64,000 nt of DNA, taken from NCBI RefSeq assembly GCF_003334785.1, contig NZ_QOWV01000001.1; one strand, written 5' to 3'. The position numbers and the translations under genes are program-made. Under the pieces are notes generated by a model, which ran no database searches, was not told the origin of the DNA, and worked only from the letters and a program-made list of their open reading frames with translations. Origin of the DNA: Escherichia coli. Lineage in GTDB: Bacteria > Pseudomonadota > Gammaproteobacteria > Enterobacterales > Enterobacteriaceae. Numbering within the stretch: the first letter of the stretch is position 1; each line of letters begins with the position of its first letter. Shown here piece by piece: positions 22,899 to 34,494 of the stretch.

Positions 22899-23891
22899 TC
22901 ACTCTTTCTCCATGTTCAGCGGGAAATGACAGGCATAGAGATGATTTTTCGCCCCCGTCAAACGTGGCGTCACAATGCATTCTCGTTGTGCATACGGGCA
23001 ACGTGGCCCCAGACGACAACCAATCGGTAACTGTTCCAGCAGTGGGATAGCGCCGGGCAGCGTATTGAGGCGACTTTTATGCGGCATCGCGCTGCCGAAG
23101 TCTGGTATCGCGCGGATCAGCGCCTGGGTATAAGGATGATGTGGCATCGTCACCAACTCCTTACTCGGCGCGGTTTCCACTGTTTGACCGCAGTAAAGCA
23201 CGTTAATTTTATCCGCCCATTGGCTAAGCATTTGTAAGTCATGGCTGATAAGCAAAATAGTGGTATTGCTGTTTTGGTTGAGACGCGTCAGCAGGCGAAA
23301 GATTTGCGCCTGGGTTGTTGGCTCCATTGAGTTGGTCGGTTCGTCAGCAATCAGCAGACGCGGTTGATTCGCCAGTGCAATGGCTATCATCACTTTCTGA
23401 CATTCACCTTCGGTCAACTCATAGGGAAAACTGCGCATCGCATCTTTGTGATCTTTAATCCCCACGCGGTGCAGCAGTTCAATGGCACGGCGTTTGCGCC
23501 AGCCAAAACGCTGCCACCAACGGCCTTTATAGGTCCAGGCTGGGATGTTTTGCATCAACTGGCGGCCCACACGTTCTGAAGGGTCAAGACACGACTGCGG
23601 TTCCTGGAAAATCATCGACACGTTATGGCCAACCAGTTTGCGCCGTTCGCGTGCGGAGAGACGCAGCAAATCGATATCATCAAAACGCATACGGTCAGCA
23701 GTAACACGCCAGTTATCTTTATTCACCCCACAAATCGCTTTCGCAATCAAACTCTTGCCGGAACCGGATTCACCAACAAGACCGCGGATTTCACCTTCGG
23801 TTAAGGTCATACTTACCCGGTCGACGGCTTTAACCCACTCATCACCGGTTTTAAATTCAATGGTCAGGTTACGAATATCGAGTAATGGCAT
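22899..23891 (-). CDS. sapD: ABC transporter ATPase SapD
   Basis: 330-aa [50 protein letters not shown]... Confidence 0.95.
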
Positions 23892-24781
23892 TATTCCACC
23901 CCCGCAATAATCGCACGACGAACGCCATCGCCAAGGAGGTTAACCAACAACACGCTAATCATAATTGCCGCACCTGGCAGCATGACAGTCCACGGGGCGA
24001 CATAAATCAGTTCCAGCGCATCACCGAGCATCGCTCCCCATTCAGGCGAGGGGAGTTGTGCGCCGAGATCGAGAAAGCCCAGCGCGGCGATATCGAGAAT
24101 TGCCATCGACAGTGCGCGGGTGATCTCGGTGACCAGCCCGGCGGTGATGTTTGGCATCACAGCAAACCAGAGAATATTCAGCGTTGATGCGCCATCCAGA
24201 CGGGCGGCGATAACGTACTCTTTTTCCAGTTCGTCATGCACCATGCTGTAAATCGAACGTACCATACGCGGCAGCAATGCCAGCCAGACAGCAAACATAG
24301 CGTGGGACAAACTCGGTCCGGCAAACGCTACAACGATAATTGCCAACAGCAACGAAGGGATCGCCAGTAAGGTATCCAGAATATGGTTAAGCACCGCTGA
24401 GCGGAGGCCGTGTGTCGCCCCGGCGAAGGTGCCCAGTACCAGGCCACAGATCGTCGCGGCAAGCGTCACCACAAATGCGCCACCCACGGTTGGCGCAGCT
24501 CCGCTCAGTAAACGGCTTAAAACATCGCGTCCGAGGTCGTCAGTCCCCAGGAAGAAAGAAACTTCGCCATAGCGCGACCATGACGGCGGCAATAATTGAT
24601 AACCGAGAAATTGCTGGTCGATGCCGTAAGGCGCAAACCAGCCGCCAAAAATACACAGTACAGCCAGCCCCGCGCAGCCGTACAGGCCGACCATCGCAGA
24701 GGCGTCACTATAAAATTTGCGCCAGGCGGTACGCAGCGTGCCCGGCGGGCGCTTTTCGCTGTATACGCTATCGTAAGGCAT
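23891..24781 (-). CDS. sapC: ABC transporter permease SapC
   Basis: 296-aa polytopic membrane ORF; overlaps sapD by 1 nt. Confidence 0.95.
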
Positions 24782-25733
24782 ACCATTCCTTATGTTTCAG
24801 AGGGTTAGCCATGGCACCCAAAATATCAGAAATCACGTTAACAATAATGACCAGTGAGCCACACACCATCACTCCGGCGGAAATGGCTGCGTAATCCTGC
24901 TGGCGGATGGCGTTAATTAACCAGCGCCCTAAACCCGGCCAGCTAAAAACCATTTCGGTGATCATCGCCAGCGTCAGCATGGTGGAAAACTGTAAGCCCA
25001 GGCGAGGAATAACCGGCGGTAACGCGTTATGCAGAACGTGGCGACGCAAAATAGTAAAGCGCGACAAACCGCGGGTCGCCGCCGCTTTTACATAGTTCTG
25101 GTCATACACTTCGATAGTGCTGATACGCATCAGGCGGATCACTTCAGTTGTTGGCGCAACCGACAGGGTGATCACGGGCAATATCATATGGCGGATTGCG
25201 CTCATGATCATTTCATCCCGCCATGGTGAGTCCGAAAGCCAGGCATCAATCAACGCAAAACCGGTAATCGGTTTCACTTCGTAGAGCAGATCGAAACGCC
25301 CTGAAACGGGCAACCAACCTAGCGTGAGTGAACAAAACAGCGTCAACAGAAGCGCCAGCCAGAACACCGGGATTGAAAAGCCCAGTAAGGCGATGGCGTT
25401 GATCAAGTTATCCTGCCACTTATGGCGCGTAATCCCGGCAATCATCCCCACGGGGATGCCAACAATCAGCGCAAAACCGAAGGCGAGGATGCACAGTTCC
25501 ATCGTCGCCGGGAAGACCTCTTTTAACTGTTCGGCAATCGGTTGACCGTTAATGCTGGAAACACCAAAATCCCAGTGGATCAGGCCGTTAAACCAGAACA
25601 CCCAGGCATTCCACAGTGACGCGCCTTGTAACGGCGCATGAGGGGTGAAATAGCTCAAGCTGAAGCCAACGAAGGTCAGCAGGAACAAGGTGACAATCAA
25701 TAACAAAATGCGGCGTAAGGTGAAGATAATCAT
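24768..25733 (-). CDS. sapB: ABC transporter permease SapB
   Basis: 321-aa polytopic membrane ORF; overlaps sapC. Confidence 0.95.
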
Positions 25734-27373
25734 GGTTTTTTCACCTCATCCTGTTTCTCGCGATACACCCCAGCAAAGGAGGCGTTACCAAACGGGCTAA
25801 GTACCAGACCTTTGATATCGTACCGATAGGCCTGCAAACGCAATGACGACGCCAGCGGCAAAATGGGCAATTCCTGCGCCAGAATACTCTGCGCTTCGTC
25901 ATAGGCTTCAATACGCGCCGCCAGCTGCTGCGAAGAGAGCGCCTTACGCAATACGCTGTCGAATTTCGGATCGCACCAGTGGGCGAGGTTGGTCTGCGAA
26001 TGAATTGCCGCGCAGCTCAGTAACGGACGGAAGAAACTGTCCGGGTCGTTACTGTCCGTCGCCCAACCGGATAACGTCAGATCATGGCTCATATCCATCA
26101 ACCGCGCCTCCTGAAAGCGACCTTCTACCGGCACAATCACCACTTTTACGCCAACCTGCGCCATATCCGCCTGAATCAGTTCGGCAGTTTTCAGTGGACT
26201 GGGGTTCCACGCCTGCGAACGTGTGGGCACCCACAGTTTCAGCGTTAAATTTTCCAGCCCCAACGACTTCAACTGTTCGCGCGATTTCGCCGGATTGTAT
26301 TCAGTAATTTTAGCCTCGTTGTCATAGGCCCACGAGGCGCGCGGTAAAATAGAGGCCGCCGTTTCAGCCGTACCATAATAGATGGATTGCATCAGGCGCT
26401 GGTTATTAATCGCCAGTGCCAGCGCATGGCGGACAGCGGGATTATTTAGCGGCGGTTTGGCGGTGTTAAATGCCAGATAGGCGACGTTCATCCCAGGACG
26501 CAGCGTTAAACGCAAGCGCGGGTCGTCACGCAAAATGGATAGCTGGCTGGCAGCAGGCCAGGCCAGAACGTCGCATTCCCCGGTCAGGAGTTTCGACAGA
26601 CGTCCGGTGCCGCCGGAGCCTAAATCCACCACTACCTGCGGCATTAACGGTTTACCGCGCCAGAAGTCATCATGACGTTGTAGGCGAATAAATTGCCCGG
26701 CGCGGTATTCCGACAACTGATACGGACCGGTGCCGACCGGTTGACGGTCGAGTTGCTCCTGGCGATCTTCTTTCTCTAACTTCCGGGCATATTCTGCCGA
26801 CATGACCGAAGCATAATGGGTTGCGAGGTGCCACAAAAAAGAAGCATCCGGCTGGGCGAGTCGGAACTCAACGGTATGATTATCCAGTTTGCGGACGCTT
26901 TTCACGTTATCGGCAAATTGCAGGCTGTCGAAGTAGGGGAAGTTGCTGCCGTTGACGTTATGCCACGGGTTGTTGCGGTCAAAAATTCGCTGGAAGGTAA
27001 ACACCACATCGTCGGCATTCATTTTACGAGTGGGAGTAAACCAGTCGGTTTTTTGAAACGGAACATCGCGACGCAGGTGGAAGCGATAGGTCGCGCCGTT
27101 GTCGAGTACTTCCCAGCTTTCGGCAAGTTCCGGCATCAGGCGATAGGTATAGGGATCGACATCCAGCAGTCGATCATAAAACTGGGCGGCAAGGGTATCG
27201 ACAATTAACCCACTGCTCGCTTTGGATGGGTTAAAGGTGTTGACTTGCCCGCTGACGCAATAGACAAAACCGCTGTCGCGGATATCAGCATGCGGGGGAG
27301 ATTCAGGCGCGGCGATTGCCTGACCACTCACAAGTCCAGCAATCACCAAAAGAGACGATAATACCTGGCGCAT
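25730..27373 (-). CDS. sapA: Periplasmic substrate-binding protein SapA (family 5 SBP)
   Basis: 547-aa ORF with signal peptide [21 protein letters not shown]; ATGA overlap with sapB. Confidence 0.95.
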   Translation of the reverse strand: MRQVLSSLLVIAGLVSGQAIAAPESPPHADIRDSGFVYCVSGQVNTFNPSKASSGLIVDTLAAQFYDRLLDVDPYTYRLMPELAESWEVLDNGATYRFHLRRDVPFQKTDWFTPTRKMNADDVVFTFQRIFDRNNPWHNVNGSNFPYFDSLQFADNVKSVRKLDNHTVEFRLAQPDASFLWHLATHYASVMSAEYARKLEKEDRQEQLDRQPVGTGPYQLSEYRAGQFIRLQRHDDFWRGKPLMPQVVVDLGSGGTGRLSKLLTGECDVLAWPAASQLSILRDDPRLRLTLRPGMNVAYLAFNTAKPPLNNPAVRHALALAINNQRLMQSIYYGTAETAASILPRASWAYDNEAKITEYNPAKSREQLKSLGLENLTLKLWVPTRSQAWNPSPLKTAELIQADMAQVGVKVVIVPVEGRFQEARLMDMSHDLTLSGWATDSNDPDSFFRPLLSCAAIHSQTNLAHWCDPKFDSVLRKALSSQQLAARIEAYDEAQSILAQELPILPLASSLRLQAYRYDIKGLVLSPFGNASFAGVYREKQDEVKKP

Positions 27374-27620
27374 AATATTAAGGGATTTTATGTAAAGAGG
27401 CTATCTTACTAATATTTAATGACATTTGCCATTACCGTTTGTGTTCAGGGGTCGTAATGAGGGCCGTGTGGTTGGTCGTTGAACAGGTGACGTCGCCATC
27501 TGTTCAACATTCGTACCCGTGATTTCTCTATAACTATAACTCACAGAACAACTTAGCGAGGAGCAGAGCGGTACGATCGTGAGAAACCCATTAAAGCACG
27601 CTGCAGTGCGTGTCATTGTT

Positions 27621-27650
27621 AGCCAGATGCGGCGTGAACGCTTTATCCGG
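27621..27650. repeat. REP (repetitive extragenic palindrome) element
   Basis: gccagatgcggcgtgaacgctttatccgg matches the E. coli REP consensus; lies between sapA and ymjA. Confidence 0.7.
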
Positions 27651-27685
27651 ACAACGATACTGACCGATCGTCTGCAATTAAATCA

Positions 27686-27931
27686 TTACTCATTACCCCA
27701 TTGATTCAAAAACTCTGCGATCTCATCAATGCGTACGGGATTAATCCCCGCTTCAGCAGCCATTTCATGTTGGGCTTCTTCGCTGATCTCTTCATTGTTC
27801 ATCAAACGGGTGAGCAGTAACTGGAAGTAGTGGGCCAGCGGTGTGCGTTCAGCCTCTGCGACAGGCTCTGCGCATTCGGTCGCGTACTCATCGGCAATAT
27901 CAAAATATTTTAGCGGGATATCGTGGTTCAT
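27686..27931 (-). CDS. ymjA: DUF2543 protein YmjA
   Basis: 81-aa acidic [43 protein letters not shown]... Confidence 0.85.
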
Positions 27932-28064
27932 TATTTGCCCCTGGGGTTAATGCGCTAAGCATAAGGGCGGATGATAGCACTCGTGATCCGGGTCATACAT
28001 CTTTTTATAGTTAATGGCGCGGCGCGTTACCCTCAGGCAGGATAATGCGCCGCGCATCCGACTA

Positions 28065-29450
28065 TTACGTTTCACTCACCGGCGTTCTGTCACCATCATA
28101 CAACGGCACTTTGCGATAGCGGCGGATCAGATACCATAAATATGCGCCGCCTAACGAAGCCCATACCAGACCGAGTGTCAGTGACGTTGACTCGAGGTTA
28201 ACCCACAGCACACCCACCGTCAGCGCGCCAACCAGCGGCATCAGCAAATAGTGGAAGTGATCCTTCCAGCTTTTATTCATTCCTTTACGCCGCCAGAAAT
28301 GATTAAACACCGACAGATTCACGAAGGTAAACGCCACCAGAGCACCGAAGTTAATTAACGCTGTGGCGGTAACTAAATCGAAGAACAGCGCCGACAACGC
28401 GACAATCCCGACCATAATGACGTTGAGTGCCGGAGTCCGCCATTTTGGGTGCACATAGCCAAACACGCGCTCCGGAAACACATTGTCACGCCCCATCACA
28501 TACAGCAGACGCGACACGCTGGCATGTGAAGCCAGGCCAGAGGCTAACGTGTTCACAAACGTGGTGCAGAGGAAAATCGACTGGAAGAGCTTGCCGCCGA
28601 CGTACAGCGCAATTTCAGGCAGTGCGGCATCCGGATCTTTAAAGCGGCTGATATCGGGAAAGAACAGCTGCATAAAGAACGACGCCGCGATAAAGATAAC
28701 GCCACCGTAGACCGCCGTCAGGAAGATGGCTTTCGGGATCACGCGTGCGGCGTCCGGCGTCTCTTCCGAAAGCGTGGTCACCGCATCGAAACCGAGGAAG
28801 GAGAAACAGACAATCGTCGCCCCGGTAATAATCGGGATCAGGTGCGCGTTCTCGCTGATAAACGGCTGAAGTGACCAGACGGTGCCAACGCCTTCTCCTT
28901 TATGCAGTCCCTGAACTACCAGGAAGATAAACACCACCATGATGGAGATTTGCACCAGTACAAACAGGGTATTGAAGTTAGCGACCAGGTTGACGCTCTT
29001 CAGATTCGCGGCGGTTAAAATGGCGACGAAGGTTACCACCCACACCCACGGCGGCACTTCCGGGAAGAGGGCGGAGAGATAGATTTTCGCCAACAAGACG
29101 TTAATCATCGGCAAAAAGAGATAATCCAGCAGCGATGACCAGCCGACCATAAATCCGACGTGCGGGTTAATCGACTTTTGCGCGTAGGTATAGGCCGAAC
29201 CGGCCTCCGGAAACTGGCGAACCAGTTTGCCGTAGCTGATAGCGGTAAACAGCACACCCGCCAGCGCCAGCAAATAGGACGCCGGAACGTGACCGTCGCT
29301 AATGCCGGAGACAATACCAAAAGTATCAAATACGGTCATCGGCGTGAGATAGGCCAGACCCATCATCACCACCTGCCACAATTTCAGTGATTTTCGCAGA
29401 CGGGTTTTGCCGGGTTGCGCAGCAATATTCAGTGGTGAATTAATAGCCAT
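28065..29450 (-). CDS. puuP: Putrescine importer PuuP (APC family)
   Basis: 461-aa protein starting [35 protein letters not shown] (track ORF extended 18 codons). Confidence 0.95.
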
Positions 29451-29752
29451 AATTGCTGCCTCCCCTGCGTAATAAGGTTTGCGGTCGTGTCGACCTGAAA
29501 TCAAACCTGTTTAGCAAGGGAAGCAAAGGGGGCGGAGTCCAGTCAGTAGCAGGAGGGGCGCATACGCAGCCTCCCTCGCCATGCGGGGATTTAATCATCG
29601 GCATCATCTCATTTCCTCGTCACAGTCTTAATCGTTAACGGAAGCCCGTTGCCGCCCGCGCTCCATAACGCGACATCCGGGAAATGTCTGGATTACCAGC
29701 AAATGTCAGGCCTGGCTCCGCTCAGGCCGATGAAACAACCCCGCAAGGGGTA

Positions 29753-31171
29753 TTACGCGTTTTTCAACATCCACTCAATTTCTGTTTCTGTGATGAGGCG
29801 CTCAAACTGCAACAGCTCATCATTTTTACAGGCGTGATAGACATGGCAGAAGCGTTCGCCTAAATAGCGGCGCAGGTGATCATTCTCGATAAACTCACCC
29901 AGGGCATCGCTCTGGCGAATCGGAAAGGGTAAGCCTTCCTGTTCCAGCCCGTTGCCTTCGACTTCTTCCTGCAACGGCAGCTCGTTATCAAGGCCATGCA
30001 AAATACCGGCAAAAATCGCTGCCATCACCAGATATGGGTTGGCATCGGCACCCGCCACGCGATATTCCACGCGGTGATTATGACGGTCGCCGCACGGAAT
30101 ACGCAGGGCGACGGTGCGGTTGTTATGGCCCCACGACGCCTGCGTCGGCACATACATTCCCGGCTGGAAGCGGCGATACGAGTTCACGTTTGGTGCCAGC
30201 AACGCCATCGACGACGGCATCAGGTCAATCATCCCGGCGAGCATCTTTTTCAGCAGCGGCGAATCTTCGCCTTCCGCGTCAGAAAGCACGTTCTCGCCAC
30301 GATTATTTTGCATACTGATATGGATATGCATTCCGCTGCCCGCGTGCTCTTCATACGGCTTCGCCATAAAAGTGGCGTGCATCTTATGCTTTTCTGCCAT
30401 CAGACGCACCAGGCGTTTTAGTGCCAGCGCATCATCGCAGGCTTCCAGCACGTTATCAGTATGGTAAAGGTTGATTTCAAACTGACCCGGCGAGGCCTCA
30501 GCGACCGCGCCATCTGCCGGAATCAGCTGTAACTGCGCCAGTTCATCAATATCATTGAGCACGTCGGCGAAGTGGTTGAGGTTATCAACGGAGTAAACCT
30601 GGCTTTGTGTATTGCGGTCATCGGTGCCAGGCGCGCAGGGCGGTTGCAGATACCCTTCAGCGTCGCGCTGGCGATCCAGTAAATAGAACTCCAGCTCTAC
30701 CGCTACGACCGGGAACAATCCGCGCTGGCGCAGCTGCTGCCACAGGCGGTTAAGAACGTTCCGCGGCTCAACGTCAAAGGGAGCGCCATCTTCATCGACC
30801 ATGGTCAGGAGCATCTGACCGATAAACTCTGGATCGGCGGCAGAAGGAGTTAAGGAACCGAGAACAGGAACACAGGTACGATCCGGCTCGCCCATTTCCT
30901 GACCCAGACCTGCTTCTTCTACTACGTTGCCCAGAATATCCATTGCAAATACCGAGGCCGGGAAATAACACCCTTTCTCGAGCTTCTTCAGGCTTGAAAC
31001 AGGAATACGCTTTCCACGGAAGCAACCATTTAAATCGGTAAGTAAAACATCAACATATTGCGTATTCGGGTAGCGCTCCAGGTAGCGTTTCACTTCCTGC
31101 GTAAAGGCGCTACCCCGCCTCTCTTCTGACTGCTGAACAAAGTTCTCTACTTCAACGATATTGGTTTCCAT
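29753..31171 (-). CDS. puuA: Gamma-glutamylputrescine synthetase
   Basis: 472-aa glutamine-synthetase-family protein starting METNIVEVENFVQQSEERRG (track ORF extended 26 codons). Confidence 0.95.
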   Translation of the reverse strand: METNIVEVENFVQQSEERRGSAFTQEVKRYLERYPNTQYVDVLLTDLNGCFRGKRIPVSSLKKLEKGCYFPASVFAMDILGNVVEEAGLGQEMGEPDRTCVPVLGSLTPSAADPEFIGQMLLTMVDEDGAPFDVEPRNVLNRLWQQLRQRGLFPVVAVELEFYLLDRQRDAEGYLQPPCAPGTDDRNTQSQVYSVDNLNHFADVLNDIDELAQLQLIPADGAVAEASPGQFEINLYHTDNVLEACDDALALKRLVRLMAEKHKMHATFMAKPYEEHAGSGMHIHISMQNNRGENVLSDAEGEDSPLLKKMLAGMIDLMPSSMALLAPNVNSYRRFQPGMYVPTQASWGHNNRTVALRIPCGDRHNHRVEYRVAGADANPYLVMAAIFAGILHGLDNELPLQEEVEGNGLEQEGLPFPIRQSDALGEFIENDHLRRYLGERFCHVYHACKNDELLQFERLITETEIEWMLKNA

Positions 31172-31214
31172 GATTCTTCGCCTTTGGTTTGTTTTCCGCT
31201 CGTTATCAAAGCGT

Positions 31215-31326
31215 AAAATATAATGACCACCATTCGAATCTGTATGCAAACTAAATGTTTGTCAAATGTTAAATTGAGTTTGCAAAAATGAAAACCCACT
31301 GCTAGATTGAAAAAATATTGAACATA
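31215..31326. promoter_or_regulatory. puuA-puuD divergent control region with two candidate PuuR boxes
   Basis: aaaatataatgacca (31215-31229) and aaaatattgaacata (31312-31326) are near-repeats of one another; the PuuR-box interpretation is from memory of the published motif. Confidence 0.4.
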
Positions 31327-31382
31327 AAGGTCATTTAAAGCGCAGTAATGGCGATAATTTAGTCCACTTTGTGAGATTGAGC

Positions 31383-32147
31383 ATGGAAAATATAATGAAC
31401 AATCCGGTTATCGGTGTCGTAATGTGCAGGAACAGGCTTAAGGGTCATGCGACCCAGACTCTGCAAGAAAAGTACCTGAATGCCATCATCCATGCAGGCG
31501 GCTTGCCTATTGCGCTACCACATGCGCTGGCGGAACCGTCATTACTTGAACAACTTTTGCCGAAACTCGATGGCATTTATCTTCCTGGTAGTCCCAGCAA
31601 TGTGCAGCCGCACCTATATGGTGAAAACGGCGATGAGCCTGACGCCGATCCCGGGCGTGATCTTCTGAGCATGGCGATAATTAATGCCGCACTCGAAAGG
31701 CGCATCCCCATTTTCGCCATCTGCCGGGGTTTACAAGAACTGGTGGTGGCAACCGGTGGTTCGTTGCATCGCAAGCTGTGCGAACAGCCTGAATTGCTGG
31801 AACATCGGGAAGATCCCGAACTGCCGGTGGAACAGCAATATGCACCGTCGCATGAAGTTCAGGTTGAAGAGGGGGGATTACTGTCTGCGTTGTTACCTGA
31901 ATGTAGCAACTTTTGGGTAAACTCTCTACATGGACAAGGGGCGAAGGTCGTTAGCCCACGGTTGCGTGTTGAAGCTCGCTCGCCGGATGGCTTAGTTGAG
32001 GCGGTTAGCGTCATCAATCATCCTTTTGCGCTGGGCGTACAGTGGCACCCGGAATGGAACAGTAGCGAGTACGCGCTTTCGCGTATATTGTTCGAGGGCT
32101 TTATCACCGCTTGTCAGCACCATATCGCTGAAAAACAGCGACTCTGA
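31383..32147 (+). CDS. puuD: Gamma-glutamyl-GABA hydrolase (class I glutamine amidotransferase-like)
   Basis: 254-aa protein starting MENIMNNPVIGVVMCRNRLKGH; catalytic Cys in AICRGLQE. Confidence 0.93.
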   Translation: MENIMNNPVIGVVMCRNRLKGHATQTLQEKYLNAIIHAGGLPIALPHALAEPSLLEQLLPKLDGIYLPGSPSNVQPHLYGENGDEPDADPGRDLLSMAIINAALERRIPIFAICRGLQELVVATGGSLHRKLCEQPELLEHREDPELPVEQQYAPSHEVQVEEGGLLSALLPECSNFWVNSLHGQGAKVVSPRLRVEARSPDGLVEAVSVINHPFALGVQWHPEWNSSEYALSRILFEGFITACQHHIAEKQRL

Positions 32148-32173
32148 CCACTACAGTTTAAGGAAATGCAAAT

Positions 32174-32731
32174 ATGAGTGATGAGGGACTGGCGCCAGGA
32201 AAACGCTTGTCGGAAATCCGCCAGCAGCAGGGGCTTTCACAACGTCGTGCCGCCGAACTCTCCGGGCTGACTCACAGTGCTATCAGTACGATAGAACAAG
32301 ATAAAGTCAGCCCTGCCATCAGTACGCTGCAAAAGCTGCTGAAGGTGTATGGTCTGTCACTCTCGGAATTCTTTTCCGAGCCGGAAAAACCTGATGAGCC
32401 GCAGGTCGTCATTAATCAGGACGACTTAATTGAGATGGGTAGTCAGGGTGTGTCAATGAAGCTGGTTCATAACGGTAACCCGAATCGCACGCTGGCGATG
32501 ATCTTTGAAACGTACCAGCCGGGCACAACCACTGGGGAAAGAATTAAGCATCAGGGTGAGGAAATAGGCACTGTACTGGAAGGTGAAATTGTTCTGACGA
32601 TTAATGGTCAGGATTACCACCTCGTCGCGGGGCAAAGTTATGCCATTAATACCGGCATCCCGCACAGTTTCAGTAATACGTCGGCAGGTATTTGCCGAAT
32701 TATCAGCGCCCATACGCCCACCACGTTTTAA
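32174..32731 (+). CDS. puuR: Repressor PuuR (XRE HTH plus cupin)
   Basis: 185-aa ORF MSDEGLAPGKRLSEIRQQQGLSQRRAAELSGLTHSAISTIEQDK... Confidence 0.95.
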   Translation: MSDEGLAPGKRLSEIRQQQGLSQRRAAELSGLTHSAISTIEQDKVSPAISTLQKLLKVYGLSLSEFFSEPEKPDEPQVVINQDDLIEMGSQGVSMKLVHNGNPNRTLAMIFETYQPGTTTGERIKHQGEEIGTVLEGEIVLTINGQDYHLVAGQSYAINTGIPHSFSNTSAGICRIISAHTPTTF

Positions 32732-32775
32732 TCTTTTTGTTCTGTAAGCCGGGTAAGCGCAATGCGCCCGGCAAT

Positions 32776-32905
32776 CTATACACAAAATCATTCAAGTTGC
32801 ATCAAGGCGGCAAGTGAGCGAATCCCGATGAGCTTACTCAGGTAAGTGATTCGGGGGAGCGAACGCAGCCAAGGCAGAGGCGGCTTGAAGGATGAAGTGT
32901 ATATA
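32776..32905. repeat. ERIC/IRU enterobacterial repetitive intergenic consensus element
   Basis: Imperfect ~127-bp palindrome with the core gtgagcgaatcccgatgagcttac...gtaagtgattcgggggagcgaacgcag, resembling the ERIC1R/ERIC2 primer regions; between puuR and puuC. Confidence 0.75.
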
Positions 32906-33005
32906 AAGAATGTCGCCAGAAATAAACGGGCATACGGCCCGGGGATCTCTGCGCCCTGACGTTCACAAACTGCATATATCTGATAGACGTGAAACAGGAG
33001 TCATA

Positions 33006-34493
33006 ATGAATTTTCATCATCTGGCTTACTGGCAGGATAAAGCGTTAAGTCTCGCCATTGAAAACCGCTTATTTATTAACGGTGAATATACTGCTGCGGC
33101 GGAAAATGAAACCTTTGAAACCGTTGATCCGGTCACCCAGGCACCGCTGGCGAAAATTGCCCGCGGCAAGAGCGTCGATATCGACCGTGCGATGAGCGCA
33201 GCACGCGGCGTATTTGAACGCGGCGACTGGTCACTCTCTTCTCCGGCTAAACGTAAAGCGGTACTGAATAAACTCGCCGATTTAATGGAAGCCCACGCCG
33301 AAGAGCTGGCACTGCTGGAAACTCTCGACACCGGCAAACCGATTCGTCACAGTCTGCGTGATGATATTCCCGGCGCGGCGCGCGCCATTCGCTGGTACGC
33401 CGAAGCGATCGACAAAGTGTATGGCGAAGTGGCGACCACCAGTAGCCATGAGCTGGCGATGATCGTGCGTGAACCGGTCGGCGTGATTGCCGCCATCGTG
33501 CCGTGGAACTTCCCGCTGTTGCTGACTTGCTGGAAACTCGGCCCGGCGCTGGCGGCGGGAAACAGCGTGATTCTAAAACCGTCTGAAAAATCACCGCTCA
33601 GTGCGATTCGTCTCGCGGGGCTGGCGAAAGAAGCAGGCTTGCCGGATGGTGTGTTGAACGTGGTGACGGGTTTTGGTCATGAAGCCGGGCAGGCGCTGTC
33701 GCGTCATAACGATATCGACGCCATTGCCTTTACCGGTTCAACCCGTACCGGGAAACAGCTGCTGAAAGATGCGGGCGACAGCAACATGAAACGCGTCTGG
33801 CTGGAAGCGGGCGGCAAAAGCGCCAACATCGTTTTCGCTGACTGCCCGGATTTGCAACAGGCGGCAAGCGCCACCGCAGCAGGCATTTTCTACAACCAGG
33901 GACAGGTGTGCATCGCCGGAACGCGCCTGTTGCTGGAAGAGAGCATCGCCGATGAATTCTTAGCCCTGTTAAAACAGCAGGCGCAAAACTGGCAGCCGGG
34001 CCATCCACTTGATCCCGCAACCACCATGGGCACCTTAATCGACTGCGCCCACGCCGACTCGGTCCATAGCTTTATTCGGGAAGGCGAAAGCAAAGGGCAA
34101 CTGTTGTTGGATGGCCGTAACGCCGGGCTGGCTGCCGCCATCGGCCCGACCATCTTTGTGGATGTGGACCCGAATGCGTCCTTAAGTCGCGAAGAGATTT
34201 TCGGTCCGGTGCTGGTGGTCACGCGTTTCACATCAGAAGAACAGGCGCTACAGCTTGCCAACGACAGCCAGTACGGCCTTGGCGCGGCGGTATGGACGCG
34301 CGACCTCTCCCGCGCGCACCGCATGAGCCGACGCCTGAAAGCCGGTTCCGTCTTCGTCAATAACTACAACGACGGCGATATGACCGTGCCGTTTGGCGGC
34401 TATAAGCAGAGCGGCAACGGTCGCGACAAATCCCTGCATGCCCTTGAAAAATTCACTGAACTGAAAACCATCTGGATAAGCCTGGAGGCCTGA
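33006..34493 (+). CDS. puuC: Gamma-glutamyl-gamma-aminobutyraldehyde dehydrogenase (NAD(P)+ aldehyde dehydrogenase)
   Basis: 495-aa protein starting MNFHHLAYWQDKALSLAIENRLFINGEY (track ORF extended 32 codons across the ERIC element); catalytic Cys in GQVCIAG. Confidence 0.95.
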   Translation: MNFHHLAYWQDKALSLAIENRLFINGEYTAAAENETFETVDPVTQAPLAKIARGKSVDIDRAMSAARGVFERGDWSLSSPAKRKAVLNKLADLMEAHAEELALLETLDTGKPIRHSLRDDIPGAARAIRWYAEAIDKVYGEVATTSSHELAMIVREPVGVIAAIVPWNFPLLLTCWKLGPALAAGNSVILKPSEKSPLSAIRLAGLAKEAGLPDGVLNVVTGFGHEAGQALSRHNDIDAIAFTGSTRTGKQLLKDAGDSNMKRVWLEAGGKSANIVFADCPDLQQAASATAAGIFYNQGQVCIAGTRLLLEESIADEFLALLKQQAQNWQPGHPLDPATTMGTLIDCAHADSVHSFIREGESKGQLLLDGRNAGLAAAIGPTIFVDVDPNASLSREEIFGPVLVVTRFTSEEQALQLANDSQYGLGAAVWTRDLSRAHRMSRRLKAGSVFVNNYNDGDMTVPFGGYKQSGNGRDKSLHALEKFTELKTIWISLEA

Positions 34494-34494
34494 A

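Noticed and set aside
27416-27616. 66-aa minus-strand ORF in the sapA-ymjA spacer
   Set aside because: No SD; it overlaps the REP element and stem-loop; composition is typical of a random frame.
28011-28053. 13-bp imperfect inverted repeat between ymjA and puuP as a REP or terminator
   Set aside because: It does not match the REP consensus well and lacks a T tract on the puuP strand; only a possible stem-loop, not reported as a feature.
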